A DNA stretch of 64,000 nucleotides, taken from NCBI GenBank assembly GCA_964016885.1, contig OZ024742.1, positions 288,734,001 through 288,798,000 of the forward strand, read 5' to 3'. Below the pieces are notes generated by a model, which ran no database searches, was not told where the DNA came from, and saw only the letters and a program-made list of their open reading frames with translations. The DNA is from Eledone cirrhosa. Lineage: Eukaryota. Position 1 is the first letter of the stretch. Each line of letters opens with the position of its first letter. The translations under genes were made by a program, and so were the position numbers. Positions 52,801-64,000 of this stretch are shown piece by piece.

Positions 52801-55800
52801 ATTTGATTGTGGCACTAGAACTGCCCCTTTACAGAGTATACTGGATACATTTGATAGTGGTACTAGAACTGCCCCTTTACAGAGTATACTGGATACATTT
52901 GATTGTGGCACTAGAACTGCTCCTTTACAGAGTATACTGGATACATTTGATTGTGGTACTAGAACTGCCCCTTTACAGAGTATACTGGATACATTTTATT
53001 GTGGCACTAGAACTGCCCCTTTATAGAGTATACTGGATACATTTTATTGTGGAACTAGAACTGCCCCTTTACAGCGTATACTGGATACATTTGATTGTGG
53101 CACTAGAACTGTTCCTTTACAGAGTATACTGGATACATTTGATTGTGGAACTAGAACTGCCCCTTTACAGAGTATACTGGATACATTTTATTGTGGTACT
53201 AGAACTGCTCCTTTACAGAGTATACTGGATACATTTGATTGTGGTACTAGAACTGCCCCTTTACAGAGTATACTGGATACATTTTATTGTGGCACTAGAA
53301 CTGCCCCTTTATAGAGTATACTGGATACATTTTATTGTGGTACTAGAACTGCTCCTTTACAGAGTATACTGGATACATTTTATTGTGGCACTAGAACTGC
53401 CCCTTTACAGAGTATACTGGATACATTTGATTGTGGCACTAGAACTGCTCCTTTACAGAGTATACTGGATACATTTTATTGTGGCACTAGAACTGCTCCT
53501 TTACAGAGTATACTGGATACATTTTATTGTGGCACTAGAACTGCTCCTTTACAGAGTATACTGGATACATTTTATTGTGGCACTAGAACTGCTCCTTTAC
53601 AGAGTATACTGGATACATTTTATTGTGGCACTAGAACTGCTCCTTTACAGAGTATTCTGGATACATTTGATTGTGGAACTAGAACTGCCCCTTTACAGAG
53701 TATACTGGATACATTTGATTGTGGCACTAGAACTGCCCCTTTACAGAGTATACTGGATACATTTTATTGTGGCACTAGAACTGCTCCTTTACAGAGTATA
53801 CTGGATACATTTTATTGTGGCACTAGAACTGCTCCTTTACAGAGTATTCTGGATACATTTTATTGTGGCACTAGAACTGCCCCTTTACAGAGTATACTGG
53901 ATACATTTGATTGTGGAACTAGAACTGCCCCTTTACAGAGTATACTGGATACATTTGATTGTGGAACTAGAACTGCCCCTTTACAGTGTATACTGGATAC
54001 ATTTTATTGTGGCACTAGAACTGCTCCTTTACAGAGTATACTGGATACATTTTATTGTGGCACTAGAACTGCTCCTTTACAGAGTATTCTGGATACATTT
54101 TATTGTGGCACTAGAACTGCCCCTTTACAGCGTATACTGGATACATTTTATTGTGGCACTAGAACTGCTCCTTTACAGAGTATACTGGATACATTTGATT
54201 GTGGCACTAGAACTGCCCCTTTACAGAGTATACTGGATACATTTGATTGTGGTACTAGAACTGCCCCTTTACAGAGTATACTGGATACATTTTATTGTGG
54301 CACTAGAACTGCTCCTTTACAGAGTATACTGGATACATTTTATTGTGGCACTAGAACTGCTCCTTTACAGAGTATACTGGATACATTTTATTGTGGTACT
54401 AGAACTGCTCCTTTACAGAGTATTCTGGATACATTTGATTGTGGAACTAGAACTGCCCCTTTACAGAGTATACTGGATACATTTTATTGTGGCACTAGAA
54501 CTGCTCCTTTACAGAGTATTCTGGATACATTTTATTGTGGCACTAGAACTGCCCCTTTACAGCGTATACTGGATACATTTTATTGTGGCACTAGAACTGC
54601 TCCTTTACAGAGTATACTGGATACATTTTATTGTGGCACTAGAACTGCTCCTTTACAGAGTATTCTGGATACATTTTATTGTGGCACTAGAACTGCTCCT
54701 TTACAGAGTATACTGGATACATTTTATTGTGGCACTAGAACTGTTCCTTTACAGAGTATACTGGATACATTTGATTGTGGCACTAGAACTGCTCCTTTAC
54801 AGAGTATACTGGATACATTTTATTGTGGCACTAGAACTGTTCCTTTACAGAGTATACTGGATACATTTTATTGTGGCACTAGAACTGTTCCTTTACAGAG
54901 TATTCTGGATACATTTTATTGTGGCACTAGAACTGCTCCTTTACAGAGTATACTGGATACATTTTATTGTGGCACTAGAACTGTTCCTTTACAGAGTATA
55001 CTGGATACATTTGATTGTGGCACTAGAACTGCTCCTTTACAGAGTATACTGGATACATTTTATTGTGGCACTAGAACTGCTCCTTTACAGAGTATTCTGG
55101 ATACATTTGATTGTGGAACTAGAACTGCCCCTTTACAGAGTATACTGGATACATTTGATTGTGGCACTAGAACTGCCCCTTTACAGAGTATACTGGATAC
55201 ATTTTATTGTGGCACTAGAACTGCTCCTTTACAGAGTATACTGGATACATTTTATTGTGGCACTAGAACTGCTCCTTTACAGAGTATTCTGGATACATTT
55301 TATTGTGGCACTAGAACTGCCCCTTTACAGAGTATACTGGATACATTTGATTGTGGAACTAGAACTGCCCCTTTACAGAGTATACTGGATACATTTGATT
55401 GTGGAACTAGAACTGCCCCTTTACAGTGTATACTGGATACATTTTATTGTGGCACTAGAACTGCTCCTTTACAGAGTATACTGGATACATTTTATTGTGG
55501 CACTAGAACTGCTCCTTTACAGAGTATTCTGGATACATTTTATTGTGGCACTAGAACTGCCCCTTTACAGCGTATACTGGATACATTTTATTGTGGCACT
55601 AGAACTGCTCCTTTACAGAGTATACTGGATACATTTGATTGTGGCACTAGAACTGCCCCTTTACAGAGTATACTGGATACATTTGATTGTGGTACTAGAA
55701 CTGCCCCTTTACAGAGTATACTGGATACATTTTATTGTGGCACTAGAACTGCTCCTTTACAGAGTATACTGGATACATTTTATTGTGGCACTAGAACTGC

Positions 55801-58800
55801 TCCTTTACAGAGTATACTGGATACATTTTATTGTGGTACTAGAACTGCTCCTTTACAGAGTATTCTGGATACATTTGATTGTGGAACTAGAACTGCCCCT
55901 TTACAGAGTATACTGGATACATTTTATTGTGGCACTAGAACTGCTCCTTTACAGAGTATTCTGGATACATTTTATTGTGGCACTAGAACTGCCCCTTTAC
56001 AGCGTATACTGGATACATTTTATTGTGGCACTAGAACTGCTCCTTTACAGAGTATACTGGATACATTTTATTGTGGCACTAGAACTGCTCCTTTACAGAG
56101 TATTCTGGATACATTTTATTGTGGCACTAGAACTGCTCCTTTACAGAGTATACTGGATACATTTTATTGTGGCACTAGAACTGTTCCTTTACAGAGTATA
56201 CTGGATACATTTGATTGTGGCACTAGAACTGCTCCTTTACAGAGTATACTGGATACATTTTATTGTGGCACTAGAACTGTTCCTTTACAGAGTATACTGG
56301 ATACATTTGATTGTGGCACTAGAACTGCTCCTTTACAGAGTATACTGGATACATTTTATTGTGGCACTAGAACTGCCCCTTTACAGAGTATACTGGATAC
56401 ATTTTATTGTGGCACTAGAACTGTTCCTTTACAGAGTATACTGGATACATTTGATTGTGGCACTAGAACTGCTCCTTTACAGAGTATACTGGATACATTT
56501 TATTGTGGCGCTAGAACTGCCCCTTTACAGAGTATACTGGATACATTTTATTGTGGCACTAGAACTGCCCCTTTACAGAGTATACTGGATACATTTTATT
56601 GTGGCACTAGAACTGCTCCTTTACAGAGTATACTGGATACATTTTATTGTGGCACTAGAACTGTTCCTTTACAGAGTATACTGGATACATTTGATTGTGG
56701 CACTAGAACTGCCCCTTTACAGAGTATACTGGATACATTTTATTGTGGCACTAGAACTGCCCCTTTACAGAGTATACTGGATACATTTTATTGTGGCACT
56801 AGAACTGCCCCTTTACAGAGTATACTGGATACATTTTATTGTGGCACTAGAACTGCTCCTTTACAGAGTATACTGGATACATTTTATTGTGGCACTAGAA
56901 CTGCTCCTTTACAGAGTATACTGGATACATTTTATTGTGGCACTAGAACTGCCCCTTTACAGAGTATACTGGATACATTTTATTGTGGGACTAGAACTGC
57001 TCCTTTACAGTGTATACTGGATACATTTGATTGTGGTACTAGAACTGCTCCTTTACAGTGTATACTGGATACATTTGATTGTGGTACTAGAACTGCCCCT
57101 TTACAGAGTATACTGGATACATTTTATTGTGGCACTAGAACTGCCCCTTTACAGAGTATACTGGATACATTTTATTGTGGCACTAGAACTGCCCCTTTAC
57201 AGAGTATACTGGATACATTTTATTGTGGCACTAGAACTGCTCCTTTACAGAGTATACTGGATACATTTTATTGTGGCACTAGAACTGCTCCTTTACAGAG
57301 TATACTGGATACATTTTATTGTGGCACTAGAACTGCCCCTTTACAGAGTATACTGGATACATTTTATTGTGGGACTAGAACTGCTCCTTTACAGTGTATA
57401 CTGGATACATTTGATTGTGGTACTAGAACTCCTCCTTTACAGTGTATACTGGATACATTTGATTGTGGTACTAGAACTGCCCCTTTACAGAGTATACTGG
57501 ATACATTTTATTGTGGCACTAGAACTGCCCCTTTACAGAGTATACTGGATACATTTTATTGTGGCACTAGAACTGTTCCTTTACAGAGTATACTGGATAC
57601 ATTTGATTGTGGCACTAGAACTGCTCCTTTACAGAGTATACTGGATACATTTTATTGTGGCACTAGAACTGTTCCTTTACAGAGTATACTGGATACATTT
57701 TATTGTGGCACTAGAACTGTTCCTTTACAGAGTATTCTGGATACATTTTATTGTGGCACTAGAACTGCTCCTTTACAGAGTATACTGGATACATTTTATT
57801 GTGGCACTAGAACTGTTCCTTTACAGAGTATACTGGATACATTTGATTGTGGCACTAGAACTGCTCCTTTACAGAGTATACTGGATACATTTTATTGTGG
57901 CACTAGAACTGCTCCTTTACAGAGTATTCTGGATACATTTGATTGTGGAACTAGAACTGCCCCTTTACAGAGTATACTGGATACATTTGATTGTGGCACT
58001 AGAACTGCCCCTTTACAGAGTATACTGGATACATTTTATTGTGGCACTAGAACTGCTCCTTTACAGAGTATACTGGATACATTTTATTGTGGCACTAGAA
58101 CTGCTCCTTTACAGAGTATTCTGGATACATTTTATTGTGGCACTAGAACTGCCCCTTTACAGAGTATACTGGATACATTTGATTGTGGAACTAGAACTGC
58201 CCCTTTACAGAGTATACTGGATACATTTGATTGTGGAACTAGAACTGCCCCTTTACAGTGTATACTGGATACATTTTATTGTGGCACTAGAACTGCTCCT
58301 TTACAGAGTATACTGGATACATTTTATTGTGGCACTAGAACTGCTCCTTTACAGAGTATTCTGGATACATTTTATTGTGGCACTAGAACTGCCCCTTTAC
58401 AGCGTATACTGGATACATTTTATTGTGGCACTAGAACTGCTCCTTTACAGAGTATACTGGATACATTTGATTGTGGCACTAGAACTGCCCCTTTACAGAG
58501 TATACTGGATACATTTGATTGTGGTACTAGAACTGCCCCTTTACAGAGTATACTGGATACATTTTATTGTGGCACTAGAACTGCTCCTTTACAGAGTATA
58601 CTGGATACATTTTATTGTGGCACTAGAACTGCTCCTTTACAGAGTATACTGGATACATTTTATTGTGGTACTAGAACTGCTCCTTTACAGAGTATTCTGG
58701 ATACATTTGATTGTGGAACTAGAACTGCCCCTTTACAGAGTATACTGGATACATTTTATTGTGGCACTAGAACTGCTCCTTTACAGAGTATTCTGGATAC

Positions 58801-61800
58801 ATTTTATTGTGGCACTAGAACTGCCCCTTTACAGCGTATACTGGATACATTTTATTGTGGCACTAGAACTGCTCCTTTACAGAGTATACTGGATACATTT
58901 TATTGTGGCACTAGAACTGCTCCTTTACAGAGTATTCTGGATACATTTTATTGTGGCACTAGAACTGCTCCTTTACAGAGTATACTGGATACATTTTATT
59001 GTGGCACTAGAACTGTTCCTTTACAGAGTATACTGGATACATTTGATTGTGGCACTAGAACTGCTCCTTTACAGAGTATACTGGATACATTTTATTGTGG
59101 CACTAGAACTGTTCCTTTACAGAGTATACTGGATACATTTGATTGTGGCACTAGAACTGCTCCTTTACAGAGTATACTGGATACATTTTATTGTGGCACT
59201 AGAACTGCCCCTTTACAGAGTATACTGGATACATTTTATTGTGGCACTAGAACTGTTCCTTTACAGAGTATACTGGATACATTTGATTGTGGCACTAGAA
59301 CTGCTCCTTTACAGAGTATACTGGATACATTTTATTGTGGCGCTAGAACTGCCCCTTTACAGAGTATACTGGATACATTTTATTGTGGCACTAGAACTGC
59401 CCCTTTACAGAGTATACTGGATACATTTTATTGTGGCACTAGAACTGCTCCTTTACAGAGTATACTGGATACATTTTATTGTGGCACTAGAACTGTTCCT
59501 TTACAGAGTATACTGGATACATTTGATTGTGGCACTAGAACTGCCCCTTTACAGAGTATACTGGATACATTTTATTGTGGCACTAGAACTGCCCCTTTAC
59601 AGAGTATACTGGATACATTTTATTGTGGCACTAGAACTGCCCCTTTACAGAGTATACTGGATACATTTTATTGTGGCACTAGAACTGCTCCTTTACAGAG
59701 TATACTGGATACATTTTATTGTGGCACTAGAACTGCTCCTTTACAGAGTATACTGGATACATTTTATTGTGGCACTAGAACTGCCCCTTTACAGAGTATA
59801 CTGGATACATTTTATTGTGGGACTAGAACTGCTCCTTTACAGTGTATACTGGATACATTTGATTGTGGTACTAGAACTGCTCCTTTACAGTGTATACTGG
59901 ATACATTTGATTGTGGTACTAGAACTGCCCCTTTACAGAGTATACTGGATACATTTTATTGTGGCACTAGAACTGCCCCTTTACAGAGTATACTGGATAC
60001 ATTTTATTGTGGCACTAGAACTGCCCCTTTACAGAGTATACTGGATACATTTTATTGTGGCACTAGAACTGCTCCTTTACAGAGTATACTGGATACATTT
60101 TATTGTGGCACTAGAACTGCTCCTTTACAGAGTATACTGGATACATTTTATTGTGGCACTAGAACTGCCCCTTTACAGAGTATACTGGATACATTTTATT
60201 GTGGGACTAGAACTGCTCCTTTACAGTGTATACTGGATACATTTGATTGTGGTACTAGAACTCCTCCTTTACAGTGTATACTGGATACATTTGATTGTGG
60301 TACTAGAACTGCCCCTTTACAGAGTATACTGGATACATTTGATTGTGGCACTAGAACTGCCCCTTTACAGAGTATACTGGATACATTTTATTGTGGCACT
60401 AGAACTGCCCCTTTACAGAGTATACTGGATACATTTTATTGTGGCACTAGAACTGCTCCTTTACAGAGTATACTGGATACATTTTATTGTGGCACTAGAA
60501 CTGCTCCTTTACAGAGTATACTGGATACATTTGATTGTGGCACTAGAACTGTTCCTTTACAGAGTATACTGGATACATTTGATTGTGGCACTAGAACTGC
60601 TCCTTTACAGAGTATACTGGATACATTTGATTGTGGCACTAGAACTGCTCCTTTACAGAGTATACTGGATACATTTGATTGTGGCACTAGAACTGCTCCT
60701 TTACAGAGTATACTGGATACATTTGATTGTGGCACTAGAACTGCTCCTTTACAGAGTATACTGGATACATTTTATTGTGGCACTAGAACTGCCCCTTTAC
60801 AGAGTATACTGGATACATTTGATTGTGGCACTAGAACTGTTCCTTTACAGAGTATACTGGATACATTTGATTGTGGCACTAGAACTGCTCCTTTACAGAG
60901 TATACTGGATACATTTGATTGTGGCACTAGAACTGTTCCTTTACAGAGTATACTGGATACATTTGATTGTGGCACTAGAACTGTTCCTTTACAGAGTATT
61001 CTGGATACATTTGATTGTGGCACTAGAACTGCTCCTTTACAGAGTATACTGGATACATTTTATTGTGGCACTAGAACTGCTCCTTTACAGAGTATACTGG
61101 ATACATTTGATTGTGGCACTAGAACTGTTCCTTTACAGAGTATACTGGATACATTTGATTGTGGCACTAGAACTGTTCCTTTACAGAGTATTCTGGATAC
61201 ATTTGATTGTGGCACTAGAACTGCTCCTTTACAGAGTATACTGGATACATTTGATTGTGGCACTAGAACTGTTCCTTTACAGAGTATTCTGGATACATTT
61301 GATTGTGGCACTAGAACTGCTCCTTTACAGAGTATACTGGATACATTTGATTGTGGCACTAGAACTGTTCCTTTACAGAGTATACTGGATACATTTGATT
61401 GTGGCACTAGAACTGTTCCTTTACAGAGTATTCTGGATACATTTGATTGTGGCACTAGAACTGCTCCTTTACAGAGTATACTGGATACATTTTATTGTGG
61501 CACTAGAACTGCTCCTTTACAGAGTATACTGGATACATTTGATTGTGGCACTAGAACTGCTCCTTTACAGAGTATACTGGATACATTTGATTGTGGCACT
61601 AGAACTGTTCCTTTACAGAGTATTCTGGATACATTTGATTGTGGCACTAGAACTGCTCCTTTACAGAGTATACTGGATACATTTTATTGTGGCACTAGAA
61701 CTGTTCCTTTACAGAGTATACTGGATACATTTGATTGTGGCACTAGAACTGCTCCTTTACAGAGTATACTGGATACATTTGATTGTGGCACTAGAACTGC

Positions 61801-63770
61801 CCCTTTACAGAGTATACTGGATACATTTGATTGTGGCACTAGAACTGCCCCTTTACAGAGTATACTGGATACATTTGATTGTGGCACTAGAACTGCCCCT
61901 TTACAGAGTATACTGGATACATTTGATTGTGGAACTAGAACTGCCCCTTTACAGACTATACTGGATACATTTGATTGTGGCACTAGAACTGCCCCTTTAC
62001 AGAGTATACTGGATACATTTGATTGTGGCACTAGAACTGTTCCTTTACAGAGTATACTGGATACATTTGATTGTGGCACTAGAACTGCTCCTTTACAGAG
62101 TATACTGGATACATTTGATTGTGGCACTAGAACTGCTCCTTTACAGAGTATACTGGATACATTTTATTGTGGCACTAGAACTGCCCCTTTACAGAGTATA
62201 CTGGATACATTTGATTGTGGCACTAGAACTGCCCCTTTACAGAGTATACTGGATACATTTGATTGTGGCACTAGAACTGCCCCTTTACAGAGTATACTGG
62301 ATACATTTTATTGTGGCACTAGAACTGCTCCTTTACAGAGTATACTGGATACATTTGATTGTGGCACTAGAACTGTTCCTTTACAGAGTATACTGGATAC
62401 ATTTGATTGTGACACTAGAACTGCCCCTTTACAGAGTATACTGGATACATTTGATTGTGGCACTAGAACTGCCCCTTTACAGAGTATACTGGATACATTT
62501 GATTGTGGCACTAGAACTGTTCCTTTACAGAGTATACTGGATACATTTGATTGTGGCACTAGAACTGCCCCTTTACAGAGTATACTGGATACATTTGATT
62601 GTGGCACTAGAACTGCTCCTTTACAGAGTATACTGGATACATTTGATTGTGGCACTAGAACTGCTCCTTTACAGAGTATACTGGATACATTTTATTGTGG
62701 CACTAGAACTGCCCCTTTACAGAGTATACTGGATACATTTTATTGTGGCACTAGAACTGCCCCTTTACAGAGTATACTGGATACATTTGATTGTGGAACT
62801 AGAACTGCTCCTTTACAGAGTATACTGGATACATTTGATTGTGGCACTAGAACTGCTCCTTTACAGAGTATACTGGATACATTTTATTGTGACACTAGAA
62901 CTGCCCCTTTACAGAGTATACTGGATACATTTTAATGTGGCACTAGAACTGCCCCTTTACAGAGTATACTGGATACATTTGATTGTGGCACTAGAACTGC
63001 CCCTTTACAGAGTATACTGGATACATTTGATTGTGACACTAGAACTGTTCCTTTACAGAGTATACTGGATACATTTTATTGTGGCACTAGAACTGCCCCT
63101 TTACAGAGTATACTGGATACATTTGATTGTGGCACTAGAACTGCCCCTTTACAGAGTATACTGGATACATTTTATTGTGGCACTAGAACTGCCCCTTTAC
63201 AGAGTATACTGGATACATTTGATTGTGGCACTAGAACTGCCCCTTTACAGAGTATACTGGATACATTTGATTGTGGCACTAGAACTGCCCCTTTACAGAG
63301 TATACTGGATACATTTGATTGTGGCACTAGAACTGCCCCTTTACAGAGTATACTGGATACATTTGATTGTGGCACTAGAACTGCTCCTTTACAGAGTATA
63401 CTGGATCCATTTTATTGTGGCACTAGAACTGCCCCTTTACAGAGTATACTGGATACATTTTATTGTGGCACTAGAACTGTTCCTTTACAGAGTATACTGG
63501 ATACATTTTATTGTGGCACTAGAACTGCTCCTTTACAGAGTATACTGGATACATTTTATTGTGGCACTAGAACTGCTCCTTTACAGAGTATACTGGGTGC
63601 ATTTTATTGTGGTACCACCACTACGATTTACAGTGTGCACTAAATGTATTTTATTGTGACACCACCAGCACTGCCCCTTTACAGCATATACCGGGTGCAC
63701 TTTATTGTGACACCAACATTATTCCTTAACAGAGTGTACGTGGTGCAATTTATCATGGTACCAGCACTGT
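49855..63770. repeat. 48-bp satellite array, about 290 monomers
   Basis: Consensus GGATACATTT(G/T)ATTGTGGCACTAGAACTG(C/T)(C/T)CCTTTACAGAGTATACT; degenerate monomers at both edges. Confidence 0.98.
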
Positions 63771-63847
63771 CTTTGGCAAGACTAAATAGTCATCTCTACC
63801 CTGTACTGTCTTTGATCAATTAATTGTAAATATATAAAAGTACCATA

Positions 63848-64000
63848 AAGGTGTGCGGTCTAGTGGTTAAGGTATTGAGCTCATGATCATAAAGTCATGG
63901 GTTTCATTCCCAGACTGAATGATGTGTTCTTCCAGTTTACTCAGTTGAATAAATGAGTACCAACAGCAGCAGGGGGTTAGCCCTGTGATAGATTGGTGTT
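63848..64000 (+). mobile_element. Degenerate tRNA-derived SINE
   Basis: GGTCTAGTGGTTAAGG head, GGGTTTCATTCC B-box-like motif, and AAATGAGTACC. Confidence 0.6.

Noticed and set aside
49841-63659. 4594-aa and 1061-aa ORFs as protein-coding genes
   Set aside because: They are translations of a 48-bp satellite derived from a non-coding retroelement 3'UTR, with no unique domains or gene structure.
49855-63770. CRISPR-like array
   Set aside because: The monomers are contiguous with no unique spacers, there are no cas genes, and the context is eukaryotic.

Overview
AT-rich, repeat-dense eukaryotic DNA. The SINE, RTE and microsatellite content points to an octopus or another coleoid cephalopod (inference). 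One host gene can be rebuilt on the minus strand from four phase-compatible GT-AG exons (20437-20329, 18622-18500, 16964-16831, 14182-13934). It encodes a 204-aa single-pass membrane protein with a short Cys-rich ectodomain and two PPxY motifs. The rest of the window is transposable elements: about 20 RTE-clade LINE copies with (GAT)n tails, including a near-complete APE+RT copy at 27508-30908; CR1/L2-like and Penelope-like fragments; tRNA-derived SINEs; Helitrons; and hAT, TTAA-flanked and palindromic MITEs. There are also several minisatellites and a ~13.9-kb array of a 48-bp satellite. The main observations are: (1) the 48-bp satellite was amplified in place from a repeat unit in an RTE 3'UTR and has nested higher-order duplications; (2) these RTE proteins carry a C4HC3 PHD-like finger inserted near the end of the RT domain; (3) a tandem Helitron copy has been stretched to 7.3 kb by RTE insertions into its TA/CA tracts; (4) there are three minimal hammerhead ribozyme motifs. 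All calls were made by eye, without database searches, and repeat boundaries are approximate.
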